Shown here: positions 14,567-23,935 of the stretch, piece after piece
How positions within the stretch are numbered: position 1 is the first letter of the stretch
How the letters are laid out: every line of letters begins with the position of its first letter
Assembly (NCBI GenBank): GCA_028713395.1
Contig: JAQTOJ010000001.1
Coordinates: 1-39,008, forward strand
Source: Dehalococcoidales bacterium
GTDB lineage: Bacteria; Chloroflexota; Dehalococcoidia; Dehalococcoidales; Fen-1064
Reading direction: 5' to 3'
DNA length: 39,008 nucleotides
Made by a program: the position numbers and the translations under genes
Notes under the pieces: model-generated
Told to the model about the DNA's origin: nothing
Databases searched by the model: none
The model's input: only the letters and a program-made list of their open reading frames with translations

Positions 14567-15144
14567 TGGCCAACTGTATAGCGCCAGGCTGCACGGAAAA
14601 AATACATGCAAGGTCTTTTTGCAATAAACATCTACATAGATTTAACAGGGGGAAATCTTTAACAGAAAAAAGTGTTCGCGAAAAAACACTTAAAGAAAGA
14701 TTTTTTGATAAAGTTCATAAACGTGGTGAGAATGATTGTTGGGAGTGGAAAGCTAATAAAAATCATGGTTACGGGCAATTTAGAATTAACGTAAAACAGA
14801 TTAAAGCTCACCGTGTTAGTTATGAGCTGCATCACGGAAAAATTGATCCTACGTTATGTGTACTGCATCATTGCGATAACCGTGGATGCGTTAACCCTAA
14901 ACACCTATATCAAGGAACCTATCAAGATAATACAGACGATAGAATGAGACGTGGGAGACATGGTTTCGGAGTTTGCCCAGGTGAAAAACATGGAATGGCG
15001 AAGCTTACTGAAGACAAGGTAAGGAAAATTAGGGGAATGTACATACCTAGAAAAATAACACAGCTCATGTTGTCCAAAAAATTTGGTGTATCTGGAAGCT
15101 TAATTCACAATATCGTAACCAGAAAAGCCTGGAATCACATATGA
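14566..15144 (+). CDS. HNH homing endonuclease (free-standing)
   Basis: GYGQFRINVKQIKAHRVSYELHHGKI....VLHHCDNRGCVNPKHLYQGTYQDN is an HNH_3-type motif. There is a C-terminal HTH-like tail. ATG 14566 is in TAATG overlap. Confidence 0.75.
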   Translation: MANCIAPGCTEKIHARSFCNKHLHRFNRGKSLTEKSVREKTLKERFFDKVHKRGENDCWEWKANKNHGYGQFRINVKQIKAHRVSYELHHGKIDPTLCVLHHCDNRGCVNPKHLYQGTYQDNTDDRMRRGRHGFGVCPGEKHGMAKLTEDKVRKIRGMYIPRKITQLMLSKKFGVSGSLIHNIVTRKAWNHI

Positions 15145-15320
15145 TCCTAACCAAACAACAATTCGCTGATTTCGAGAAACGCTATCCTGTCTTTCATGGC
15201 AGAAAACAAATAGGCTTTCTTGTCCCGGTTGGCCCGGTCGGGGAGTATACGATTTACACATATAACGATAACGCACTTGCGAACATGACGGAAATGTTAG
15301 TAAGAATTACATCAAAGTAG
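15141..15320 (+). CDS. hypothetical protein (59 aa)
   Basis: Own translation: MILTKQQFADFEKRYPVFHGRKQIGFLVPVGPVGEYTIYTYNDNALANMTEMLVRITSK. ATGA-coupled to the HNH gene. Confidence 0.4.
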   Translation: MILTKQQFADFEKRYPVFHGRKQIGFLVPVGPVGEYTIYTYNDNALANMTEMLVRITSK

Positions 15321-15323
15321 TAC

Positions 15324-15359
15324 CCGCTAGCGACTTCCTCCCTTGTCCTAGCGGTTATT
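15324..15359 (+). terminator. intrinsic terminator candidate 1 of a tandem pair
   Basis: CCGCTAG (15324-15330) pairs with CTAGCGG (15347-15353), followed by TTATTT. Confidence 0.5.
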
Positions 15360-15361
15360 TC

Positions 15362-15399
15362 GGCCCGACCACGTTCCCCTTGTGTCGGGCTTCTTTTTG
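15362..15399 (+). terminator. intrinsic terminator ending the rightward operon
   Basis: GCCCGAC/GTCGGGC stem (to 15390) followed by TTCTTTTTG. Confidence 0.7.
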
Positions 15400-15497
15400 G
15401 GTGGTATACTGCACGGATGATTTATGTCGTTATTACTTTCGCGTTTGCGGTTATTGTCTGTCTATTTTTATATACCATTAAATTGGAGATTAACATC

Positions 15498-15722
15498 ATG
15501 GCAACCCTTCAAGAATTAAAAGACGCCATCGCGGCGGTGAATTCAACGATTGCGGCGGAAAAAGCGGAAGTCCAAGCCAAGCTCGCTGCACTCTTAGTCG
15601 AGATCCAGACGCTTAAAGATCAAATAGCATCAGGCGGTTTAGTATCGCAGGCTGATCTCGATGCGCTTACCGCTTCCGTAACGGCTATCGACGCCGGCGT
15701 TAAAGATATTAGTGAAGCGTAA
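15498..15722 (+). CDS. Ala-rich coiled-coil protein (74 aa)
   Basis: ATG 15498 is preceded by GGAGATTAACATC. MATLQELKDAIAAVNSTIAAEKAEVQAKLAALLVEIQTLKDQI shows heptad character. Confidence 0.45.
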   Translation: MATLQELKDAIAAVNSTIAAEKAEVQAKLAALLVEIQTLKDQIASGGLVSQADLDALTASVTAIDAGVKDISEA

Positions 15723-15749
15723 TACGGTAGGATTTGTAGAATAAGGTTC

Positions 15750-15776
15750 GGCCCCGGAAGGGGCCTTACTTTTTTA
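15750..15776 (+). terminator. intrinsic terminator between convergent operons
   Basis: GGCCCC-GGAA-GGGGCC (15750-15765) followed by TTACTTTTTT. It also lies immediately 3' of the minus-strand holin-like gene. Confidence 0.7.
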
Positions 15777-16146
15777 AGTACAGATTAGTGCGATCACCGA
15801 AAAGGTAGAAGAAAACAGTGCTGGCAAGCTGGCTAACCGTCTGGAAAACATCTCCAGGAAGGCCAAAAACAACGCCGTACAGCCATGCTAGCAACACTAA
15901 CATAACCACGGCAGGGCGCTGCACGGATCGCAGATTATTGGCCCATTTTGACGTTTCCCCGCCAGGGGAATCCAGTTTAGACAAAACCTCTAGTTTCCGT
16001 ATATCCGCATCGACTACTTTTGAGTAGTCCTCTGCCGTCAGCACGGCGGGTTTATTACCTGTTTTTGATCCAATAAACGACTTAATACCGTCTACGGCGG
16101 CTGGGAGTAAAGCGCTCAGTGCGGTGGTTAACAATAACGGGTCCAT
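15766..16146 (-). CDS. holin-like membrane protein
   Basis: It has an N-terminal amphipathic region and C-terminal TM segments (RPAVVMLVLLAWLYGVVFG, LASTVFFYLFG). It is the last gene of the lysis cluster. Confidence 0.45.
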   Translation of the reverse strand: MDPLLLTTALSALLPAAVDGIKSFIGSKTGNKPAVLTAEDYSKVVDADIRKLEVLSKLDSPGGETSKWANNLRSVQRPAVVMLVLLAWLYGVVFGLPGDVFQTVSQLASTVFFYLFGDRTNLYLKK

Positions 16147-16553
16147 TAGGGTGCCGTGATTAGTGGTTTTTCATTGGCGGGGTCGGCAAACGGATCACCG
16201 AAGTATTTAACACCTAAATAGGTATATCCGGCCCTAAAGAATGACATGCCGTCTTCTATGCAAAGCTGCTCTAACAATCTGTCGGCTTTATCTCTAAAGC
16301 GTGCATGGTCTAAGTATTTCTCTCGCATCATCTGGTAGAGCGCGTCATGCGCTAAAGAGCCACGCATAAAGTTCTTGGTGTCTATCGAAGGGCCGCTCGG
16401 CCCATCCCATGCATAGTTTTTCTTTATGGTTAACATTCCGGTGGCAGTTAGTTTTATGTAATCAGTACTAATAGCTTTATCCGGGTAAATATCGGTCTCT
16501 ACGGTGTAGTCTTCTTTGAGCTGATACTTATAGCCGTCTTTGTAGGTAATCAT
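16146..16553 (-). CDS. DUF1353-like protein
   Basis: WDGPSGPS....RGSLAHDALY resembles the DUF1353 signature (DGAS.P....HD.LY). Confidence 0.45.
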   Translation of the reverse strand: MITYKDGYKYQLKEDYTVETDIYPDKAISTDYIKLTATGMLTIKKNYAWDGPSGPSIDTKNFMRGSLAHDALYQMMREKYLDHARFRDKADRLLEQLCIEDGMSFFRAGYTYLGVKYFGDPFADPANEKPLITAP

Positions 16554-16957
16554 ACTTTGAATCCTGGCAATTCAAAATGCGGGAACTCCTTAAATTTTAC
16601 CCAGTCACCAGCCCACTCTAAACCGAAACTTTTACCTATCTCTCCTACCGTTTGCCACACCGGATCAGTTGCGTCCCATTGTGGTTTCCCGTGGATCAAC
16701 GGGACAACATCGAATGCTTGGGCGGAAGGGGAGCCATTCGGGTTCACACAGTTATGCGCGGATTCTCCTGGCTTGGCATTGGTGACTATTCGTCCAGGTG
16801 TTTCTCTACCTTGCTTATAAAGTGTTAATTGTTCTTCGTTGCTTCGGTAGGTACAAGTGATAAGAATGTCGATATTGCGGCGTTGGCATTCTGCTACGAA
16901 TTGATTGGCCTTAACTTCTAAGTCAGGGTGCAAGTCACTTGTTTTTCTGGATGCCAT
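16550..16957 (-). CDS. endolysin, peptidase M15 (VanY / L-Ala-D-Glu peptidase-like)
   Basis: ESAHN...AFDV and DWVKFKEFPHFE match the zinc-ligand H/D/H blocks of M15 peptidases. Its size and position are also typical. Confidence 0.8.
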   Translation of the reverse strand: MASRKTSDLHPDLEVKANQFVAECQRRNIDILITCTYRSNEEQLTLYKQGRETPGRIVTNAKPGESAHNCVNPNGSPSAQAFDVVPLIHGKPQWDATDPVWQTVGEIGKSFGLEWAGDWVKFKEFPHFELPGFKV

Positions 16958-17280
16958 TACTGTTTTCTTTCTTCGTGCCGTCGTTCAGCTAACAGCTTTA
17001 CATCCGCTCTAATCTCTCGCATAAACTCTCTTAATTCAGATACGAAGTTTTCATGTACACGATTACGTTCAGTCACTAACGTATCGAGACGAATAAAATC
17101 ATCACGATTATCGTTTATTTTGCTGTCATGCCTTCCGAAATGCTTACTTATTTCAGTAATTCTTTCTGCATTCATCCTATCGCCAGCCTCTATTTTCTTC
17201 AACAGCAGACTCCACAATACGGCAATTAATCCTAGCGTTATTACGGAGACGACCGCCCACACCCAATCTAATGCGCTCAT
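16957..17280 (-). CDS. type-II membrane protein with coiled coil (i-spanin-like or holin accessory)
   Basis: N-terminal TM WVWAVVSVITLGLIAVLWSLLL followed by a charged helical region. Adjacent to the endolysin. Confidence 0.35.
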   Translation of the reverse strand: MSALDWVWAVVSVITLGLIAVLWSLLLKKIEAGDRMNAERITEISKHFGRHDSKINDNRDDFIRLDTLVTERNRVHENFVSELREFMREIRADVKLLAERRHEERKQ

Positions 17281-17315
17281 TCATAAAACCTTAATCATTT
17301 TCATCTAGTAAGTTG

Positions 17316-17909
17316 TTAACGAAATTGCCCATCCAATCCAATCCATATGTTTTTAACATCCTCTGTTGTTTTTGCAACATCTACCGTGTCTGGTAGCTCG
17401 CGTAGAGTTTTCTTTTGTTTCACAATATCCGAATAATCTGTTCCATCTTCGATATGACGTTGAAAAGCGATATCCAATGATTTGAACAATGATTCACGTT
17501 GTCGGCGTATTTTATTTTTAATAATCGCCTTTGATTTATCGAGATCGAATACGATTTTTCCATCTTTAAAAACTCTCGCGTCGTCTAACAAATCATCTGT
17601 CGGTATTTCACGGTCAAACGCTATCGGATTCCAAGTAAGCACCTCCGGCATGTTTGGCTCTGGCTCTTTCCTTTTTAACGCTTCTTGTTTATTAAGCTCC
17701 CAATCTATTTTGGCTTGTTCGATGATCTGTTCGGAATGGTGTTTTGAGTCTCTTGGCCAATTCTTTAGCAAGAGATTATATTCCGAGTAAATTTGGTGTT
17801 CGGAGGCATAAGGGTACTCACGTCTAACATCTTCTAAAGAATAGGGGTACTCACGTATCGTCGTGATAGCTAAACTCTTATCCGGTTTTTCCCAAACGAT
17901 ATTTTTCAC
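17316..17909 (-). CDS. tail-fibre assembly/chaperone-like protein (DUF4376-like C-terminus)
   Basis: GTG 17909 lies 1 nt after the fibre gene stop, with GGGGA about 10 nt upstream. IKNKIRRQRESLFKSLDIAFQRHIEDG...LRELPD resembles DUF4376. Confidence 0.4.
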   Translation of the reverse strand: MKNIVWEKPDKSLAITTIREYPYSLEDVRREYPYASEHQIYSEYNLLLKNWPRDSKHHSEQIIEQAKIDWELNKQEALKRKEPEPNMPEVLTWNPIAFDREIPTDDLLDDARVFKDGKIVFDLDKSKAIIKNKIRRQRESLFKSLDIAFQRHIEDGTDYSDIVKQKKTLRELPDTVDVAKTTEDVKNIWIGLDGQFR

Positions 17910-17910
17910 T

Positions 17911-19425
17911 CTAGCGTTGTCCCCAGGCTTGCGATGAGACAAGTGCCGCATCGACTGGATTAGATAAACTTCCATCGAAAATAACAATTTGCCACGATCC
18001 TGTGGCAGGGGTTGTGCAATTAAATTGAGTCCCTTCACCCGTTGTATTGTTGGTTACTTTGGCATTACCAGAATACGAATTCCCCGTAGTCAAAAATGCT
18101 ACTGTTAATTGAGGGCTATAATTACCAGTACCGTTATCGGTAACACTCGTAACGTTATACGATCCTGTGATTGCGAGCGTTCCAGTCCCGTTAAAGGCCA
18201 CCCATGCCCCTGTTCTGGCAGGATCGTATTGTCGTAAGGCGTCCATGCCTAGTTGTATTTTAGAAGGAGCAGTGGCCCAAGTACCTGCTGTAGCTTGTGT
18301 GCTTTCTATAATCCCTAGCACCGTCATGGCTTTAGAAGTAACGGCAGAGCCTGTGTAGAAAACACCGGCAGAATCGGCTCCGCCTGCTCCGCCTTCCGCC
18401 GTGGAAGACTGAATAGTAAAACTATCCACCGTATACGATGCGGTTGCCGCATGAAGGCCCATTGCCCCTAATCTAAACGTACCGCCATCATTAAAAGCCA
18501 CGACGGCTATTCTATTTAGCACACCGCTTTGCGTCCCTAACATAGAACCGCTTGAAATAACCAAAGAGGTGGGCGCCGTGACAGCGATCCAAGTCGGTGT
18601 CCCCGTTGCTAACGTAACATTCCTGAATGGCACATAAACAGGGTTCGTTGCCGAGGGGTCATTACCGTCAGCGCCTTTTAAAGCGATGGTTAAAGCGTTA
18701 GAGCCAACGGTAGCTGTCAGCCCGACATTCGTCGGTATTGGAATTTTTCCAGAAAGTACACCAGAAAAAATCTGTAGTCCTGAAAATGTATTTACACCGC
18801 TAAATGTCCAACTTCCTGAAATCGTATAGCTGCCAGCGGCAGTTAATATACTTGTTAGATCCACATCCGCATCAGGGAATGTTATTACTCTATCTGCCGT
18901 TGGATCGGTAAATGTAAAACGTGTTTCAAACGCATTATCCGTTGTGCCTTCAAAAACTAATGGCGTCGCTCCTTGAAAAACGGCACTAGAGGCGTCGATC
19001 TTTCCACTAAGATAACGAGTTCCATTCTCTGTTACGGTTCCGCTTCCTCCAGTCCAGGTTTGTGCATCACGTATCACAGGCCCACTGAACGTCAGTGTTT
19101 TTCCAGATGAAACGCTAAATACAACACCAGCAGGAATCCTGCAAACAAAATTACTTCCAACCGTAATATCGGTATCTATCGTCCATGTACCAGGCTGGAA
19201 TAACAATGTAACACTTGTTGATCCAATTGCTTCTATACATTTCGTTATTGTCGAAGCCGTATAATTAACACCTCCACCGTATACCTGTATAACATCCACT
19301 TCAGTTCCTAATTTTAGGCTGGTAATAGTTCCGCCGGTGGAATCTTTTTTGCTCCGCGTAGCGGTTAATCCGTCGTACCATGCAGCATCGGAACGTAGAA
19401 TTTTATCTTTGATAATCTCTGTCAT
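17911..19425 (-). CDS. tail fibre / tailspike protein
   Basis: 504 aa, rich in Gly/Thr/Ser and beta-structure, and positioned at the distal end of the structural module. Confidence 0.6.
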   Translation of the reverse strand: MTEIIKDKILRSDAAWYDGLTATRSKKDSTGGTITSLKLGTEVDVIQVYGGGVNYTASTITKCIEAIGSTSVTLLFQPGTWTIDTDITVGSNFVCRIPAGVVFSVSSGKTLTFSGPVIRDAQTWTGGSGTVTENGTRYLSGKIDASSAVFQGATPLVFEGTTDNAFETRFTFTDPTADRVITFPDADVDLTSILTAAGSYTISGSWTFSGVNTFSGLQIFSGVLSGKIPIPTNVGLTATVGSNALTIALKGADGNDPSATNPVYVPFRNVTLATGTPTWIAVTAPTSLVISSGSMLGTQSGVLNRIAVVAFNDGGTFRLGAMGLHAATASYTVDSFTIQSSTAEGGAGGADSAGVFYTGSAVTSKAMTVLGIIESTQATAGTWATAPSKIQLGMDALRQYDPARTGAWVAFNGTGTLAITGSYNVTSVTDNGTGNYSPQLTVAFLTTGNSYSGNAKVTNNTTGEGTQFNCTTPATGSWQIVIFDGSLSNPVDAALVSSQAWGQR

Positions 19426-19628
19426 ACTTCGTCATCCGTATTAAAGCCATGCACGATATAGCCATCGGATGTTTCGATGTCTAAACGTGACTGGACTGTT
19501 GAAGTTCCTCGAATACCCTCTATCTGATCGAGGCGATCTGAAATTTGATTCAAAATATAATTAATCTGATTAGATACTTCTTGAAAATTTTGCGGGTTAT
19601 CTAACTGATAAAACCTAGTCTTGGCCAT
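19422..19628 (-). CDS. hypothetical virion-module protein (68 aa)
   Basis: ORF from ATG 19628; ATGA-coupled to the fibre gene. Confidence 0.4.
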   Translation of the reverse strand: MAKTRFYQLDNPQNFQEVSNQINYILNQISDRLDQIEGIRGTSTVQSRLDIETSDGYIVHGFNTDDEV

Positions 19629-21591
19629 CTTCTTCGCTTCCCATAAATACGGGACGACCACCTATTCGCAATGCTTCGTTAGTAAAACGTTGCGCGGATG
19701 GGCTTAATCCAGTTGTCAGCCAATTATTCAATATGCCTTTGGGGTTCATTAATGTTTTTGCGATCAATGCCGAACCAGCGGTTCCCGTTGTTGTTGCAAC
19801 CGGAGAATGGATAAAAGAACCGATTAGTCCAGCTCCTTGGAATCCTTGCATTGTTTTATCAAGCCCTTGTTCAAATTTAGCGATATCTTTTGCCGCATAA
19901 GAATTAAGTTCTGCAAAATTATTCAATGCGGAAATTACTTTCGGATCGTATGCCTCTTTAAGAATAGGCATGTTTCGCTGAATGATCGTTTTTAATTTCT
20001 CTCCATCATAAATAAGCTGTCCTGGCAATCTGGCGCTTTTCTTTAACATCGTTGCGCCTTTTGGCCCGGTTAAAGCTGAATCTTTGAGCATTAGCGAAAG
20101 ATTTTCAGTCAACAAGTCATCGAAAACCTCGGGGGACATGTTCTTTTTAACAAAATTAACCAAAGGCAAATTATCAGATCTAAAAATATCTCTAGTAATA
20201 GACGGGATGGCATCGCCTTTTTTCGTAGCGGCCATCATGGACTTGGCATGTTTCCCTTTTAAAGCGCCTAGCATTTCTTTAAAGGCTTCGTTAGATTCCT
20301 GCAATAATTCCATATTCCCGCCAGCACGCTGGAAGTCTTCTTTTATTACGCCGCGAAGTTTCTCTAAGAATTTAGTATCTTGTTTCGGATTAATCTTCCC
20401 GACTTGACGTAGCATGGTCTCAAGACTATCAGCGGATATGCTGCTTGCGTCACCGATCCTTTTCAATTTATCGGTAGCAAATTTCTTTAACGACTCATCT
20501 TGCGCATCGGCTACGATCTTTTTCAGTAAATCTTCGGTTTTTGCTACATTAACCGGAGTCTCCGCTCCAATCTCGCTTAAAAATTTATTGGCACCGCCGA
20601 TAGCTTTGGATTCTGATTCTTTCAGAATCCTTCCGAATTCTTTTTGTGCCGCTTCATTGACAATATTGCTTGGTTTAACTTTTGTTACTAATTCTGGGAT
20701 TTCTTTCGAGGCAAGTTGGTTGAATCTCACAATCGCTTTCTTTCGGTAAGCATCGTCGACAATACGACTTGGTAAAAACTCATCCAGCGTGTTCTCGAAT
20801 CCTTTTGCTACCAATGAAGGCTTATAAGCACTAGGAGATAATGGGATACCTTTTGATTCAGCATAAGATTTCATTGCTTTTGAGACATCATCCATTGATC
20901 CAGCAAATGGCGCCATCGCCTTGGCGATCATGGGCGCCGCCATCGTACCACCTGTCTCAAATATGGCTGCCTCTGCCCCAGATTGACCGCCTTTGGCTAA
21001 TGTATCTAGTAAGCCTTGTTGTGGATTTTGTTGCTGTTCTCCAATTACTCTACCTGTAAATCCACCTAATCCAGCAGCAGGAATTCTTCCAACTTGAGAA
21101 AGCACAGCCGTTAACCCAGGGCCTAATGTCCTTGCTAGTGTCGCTGGAATTACTACTTGTGGAGCCGCCAAGCTACCAATAGTAGCCATCATCATAGCCT
21201 GATCTTGTGGCGACATTTGATTGCGACCTAGTGTATTGGTTATTTGATCTGCGCTAATTCTCATTTCTTCAGGAGGTCTACTAAAGACTCGTTCGTAAAA
21301 AGGCTTATCCATAAAAGCCTGTGCTTCAGAAGATGGTGCAATAGGCGCCACACGTTGCGAAGGAACACCGGCTTGCTGCGCGGCAAAATCCTCTGGGCTG
21401 ATATCTCTTATGTTTGGTATTTGACTGGCATCTATAGGTCGCGGATCTTGTGTTTGTTTTAATCCTACCTTGGATGAGAATTGTTCAAATGGCATATCCG
21501 CATAAAATTTACTATGTAGCTTTTGAGCAAGTTCCGTATCGGATAAATCATTATATCCAGGATATTTCTGTCGAATTTCTTGAATATTCAT
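19615..21591 (-). CDS. large internal virion / ejection protein candidate
   Basis: 658 aa, helical, with an Ala/Gly-rich hydrophobic stretch, located between the tail and fibre genes. Confidence 0.4.
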   Translation of the reverse strand: MNIQEIRQKYPGYNDLSDTELAQKLHSKFYADMPFEQFSSKVGLKQTQDPRPIDASQIPNIRDISPEDFAAQQAGVPSQRVAPIAPSSEAQAFMDKPFYERVFSRPPEEMRISADQITNTLGRNQMSPQDQAMMMATIGSLAAPQVVIPATLARTLGPGLTAVLSQVGRIPAAGLGGFTGRVIGEQQQNPQQGLLDTLAKGGQSGAEAAIFETGGTMAAPMIAKAMAPFAGSMDDVSKAMKSYAESKGIPLSPSAYKPSLVAKGFENTLDEFLPSRIVDDAYRKKAIVRFNQLASKEIPELVTKVKPSNIVNEAAQKEFGRILKESESKAIGGANKFLSEIGAETPVNVAKTEDLLKKIVADAQDESLKKFATDKLKRIGDASSISADSLETMLRQVGKINPKQDTKFLEKLRGVIKEDFQRAGGNMELLQESNEAFKEMLGALKGKHAKSMMAATKKGDAIPSITRDIFRSDNLPLVNFVKKNMSPEVFDDLLTENLSLMLKDSALTGPKGATMLKKSARLPGQLIYDGEKLKTIIQRNMPILKEAYDPKVISALNNFAELNSYAAKDIAKFEQGLDKTMQGFQGAGLIGSFIHSPVATTTGTAGSALIAKTLMNPKGILNNWLTTGLSPSAQRFTNEALRIGGRPVFMGSEEDGQD

Positions 21592-22718
21592 CGAATCCCG
21601 AGCGGGTCTTGTGCTTTTGTATTTGACTTAGGAGTAAACGCGTCCAATGTTGGCCTAGCTGTTCCGGTATCTCGATTGTTTGCAAAATCAGCGGAACTCC
21701 ATAGTTTCCCCTTAAAACCTACCAATGTTCCGTTCGCCTCAAAATAATCGGCTGCCTCTTGTTTTGCTTTAGCCGCTGTTTCTATTTGTTTAATAAGCCT
21801 ATCGACCCGTTTTTTATTCTCTATCTGAGGTAGGGCTGGGTCGAACGTTCTAGCTAAAAGCGCCTCACCCTCTTTCTGCGTAAACTGTGGCCCTAGAACA
21901 AGCCTCAAATTTCTTTGAGCAGAATCATAAATACTATCTCTTACGGCAATCGTATCTGGATTAATCGCCTTATTAATAGATTCCGGTAAATTCCCAATTA
22001 AAGGCCCTGTAAGCTTCTTTTTCTTATCTCCCAATGCTGTGGAAGCGTCTCGAAGTTGCGACAATTGTTTTTCAATATCTGCATAACCACCACTGGCCTT
22101 AAAGTCCGCATATTCTTTACCAAAGGCTTCATCAACCGCATTTTGGCCTTTTGTTTGAGCAGGAACAGCCTTTTCACCTGGCCCTATTGCACGGCGCCCA
22201 ATCTCACGACCATAGATATCGTATTGGATCATGGCATCGCCAGACGGCGAGGGGACTTCTTTCCCAGCCTTGACACGTTCCAAATCAGGCATCAATTTAC
22301 CGTTGGCTATTTTGATACCGGATAGCTCAAGCTGCCCTGGAATTGCCGTTCTAGGACCATCACCTGTGGCTTGTGGCAATCCGCCCTGACCTGTTGCTAA
22401 AGCCGTTTGAATACTGGCAATCTGTGATGCTAAATCCGGCTCTTGGAATTTATTAATATCTGGAAGACTGTATCCAGCTTGCAGTGCCTTGGATTGCGCC
22501 TCTGGTTGTTGCAAAGCTGATTTTAAATCTATTCCCGAAGTGGACAAGAAATCCAAGAATCCTTGCTTTGCACGATCCGCTCTTTCGAGTTCATCTAATT
22601 TCCTGGAATAGGCTTTAACTTGTAACTTTTTTAAGTCTTGATTGTATTGGTTATCGAGAACATTCTTGCGCTCATCGACATAACCATTGACCAAGCCATT
22701 TAATAATTGTCCTAGCAT
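21588..22718 (-). CDS. internal virion protein candidate
   Basis: 376 aa, ATGA-coupled. Confidence 0.4.
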   Translation of the reverse strand: MLGQLLNGLVNGYVDERKNVLDNQYNQDLKKLQVKAYSRKLDELERADRAKQGFLDFLSTSGIDLKSALQQPEAQSKALQAGYSLPDINKFQEPDLASQIASIQTALATGQGGLPQATGDGPRTAIPGQLELSGIKIANGKLMPDLERVKAGKEVPSPSGDAMIQYDIYGREIGRRAIGPGEKAVPAQTKGQNAVDEAFGKEYADFKASGGYADIEKQLSQLRDASTALGDKKKKLTGPLIGNLPESINKAINPDTIAVRDSIYDSAQRNLRLVLGPQFTQKEGEALLARTFDPALPQIENKKRVDRLIKQIETAAKAKQEAADYFEANGTLVGFKGKLWSSADFANNRDTGTARPTLDAFTPKSNTKAQDPLGIR

Positions 22719-22730
22719 AGATCACCTATT

Positions 22731-23378
22731 TTATAGGTCATAAAAATAATCCGCATTGCCCTGTACTGATCCGCCACTAAATGCACCGGCACCACCACCT
22801 TTTGTGCTCGTGCTACCGCCTTTATTGGAGCCAGAGCCTAAATATTTTCCAATACCAGAACCCAATCCACCTAACGCTTGGAATGCTTGTGCATTCTGTT
22901 GAGCCGCTAATGGAGCCCCGCTAGCCGCTAAGCTCGTTAAACCTTGTGTTCCGGCAAAGGTAGGCGCCTGGCCAGTTCCTAATGCGAATGCACGTGCAAG
23001 CTCATTCTCGTACAACCCACCTTGTGCTTGCGTTAAATTCGATGCTTTCTGCCCTTCTAATCCGGTTAATGCGGAATATAGCGCTCCCCCTTGCGGGAGG
23101 CTTGATAAGGCATTGTCCCTTGCAAGAGAAAATTGATTTTCTGCCTGATTCTTAAGTGCGGCATAAGAAGGAGTTTGTGTCACATCAAGCCCGCCGCCCA
23201 AGAAATTCTGGCTACGCCCAAACAATGATTCTCGTAATGGATTTGCGAGAGCTTCCGTTCGTCTTGCACGGTCAACCTCGACCTGCATTAATGGCTGTAA
23301 AGCAGCTAGTTGAGAATTTATCCCTGCATTGGGGTCTGAATCTTTTGATTTTCCGAACACTTTACCAAATAGGCTCAT
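22731..23378 (-). CDS. Gly/Ala/Ser-rich structural protein
   Basis: ATG 23378 is in ATGA overlap with the GNAT-like gene stop. Low-complexity G-rich C-terminus. Confidence 0.45.
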   Translation of the reverse strand: MSLFGKVFGKSKDSDPNAGINSQLAALQPLMQVEVDRARRTEALANPLRESLFGRSQNFLGGGLDVTQTPSYAALKNQAENQFSLARDNALSSLPQGGALYSALTGLEGQKASNLTQAQGGLYENELARAFALGTGQAPTFAGTQGLTSLAASGAPLAAQQNAQAFQALGGLGSGIGKYLGSGSNKGGSTSTKGGGAGAFSGGSVQGNADYFYDL

Positions 23379-23935
23379 AATTTCCTCGTACAAAAAGACA
23401 ACATGGCGCCCATCCGCTGTTGTGTGTATATATTAAAAAGGACTTTTGGCACTTCGCCTAAAATAGTGAAACCTATTTTTTCTATAAAGCGATGTACTGA
23501 TTTATATTCTGAAGGGGTTATACCAAGTAAAACATCAAATCTATTAGAGCCGTCTTCTTTTTTAAAATTAAACCAATATTCAATTGCTTTCTGTCCCATC
23601 GCCATAGAGTGGCGCCCCCAAGATTCTTTAAACGTGTAAAAATGTACCGTCGCATGATTAGAATGAAGATCATTTATCCATGCTAGACACAATAAAATAC
23701 CATCTACCAAAATAAATATAGGATAATTAACCGGAGATTTAAGCAAATTGAGAAAATCTTCTTGTGTTCTTACTTCACCGTCATAAAAAACTTTCTCAAA
23801 AAGACCGTCTTTTTTAATCTTGTTAAAAACACTAATCGACCATTCATCTGGTATCGAAAACATCCCATCAATCTTTACATAAGGAACTATTTTTATATCA
23901 TGCTCTATTTGTAAATTATTCGAGTTCTGATGCAT
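23375..23935 (-). CDS. GNAT-like acyltransferase, paralogue B, embedded in the tail module
   Basis: It shares VFYDG..T.EDF...AW.N....NHA..HF..F.E.WGR......G..AI..WF......GITPSEYK..R.I...GF...GE.P with ORF 2000-2515. Confidence 0.45.
   Translation of the reverse strand: MHQNSNNLQIEHDIKIVPYVKIDGMFSIPDEWSISVFNKIKKDGLFEKVFYDGEVRTQEDFLNLLKSPVNYPIFILVDGILLCLAWINDLHSNHATVHFYTFKESWGRHSMAMGQKAIEYWFNFKKEDGSNRFDVLLGITPSEYKSVHRFIEKIGFTILGEVPKVLFNIYTQQRMGAMLSFCTRKL

Noticed and set aside
17910-18038. N-terminal 43 codons of the 240-aa ORF 17316-18038
   Set aside because: They overlap the 3' end of the tail-fibre gene. A GTG with an SD right after the fibre stop gives a cleaner start.
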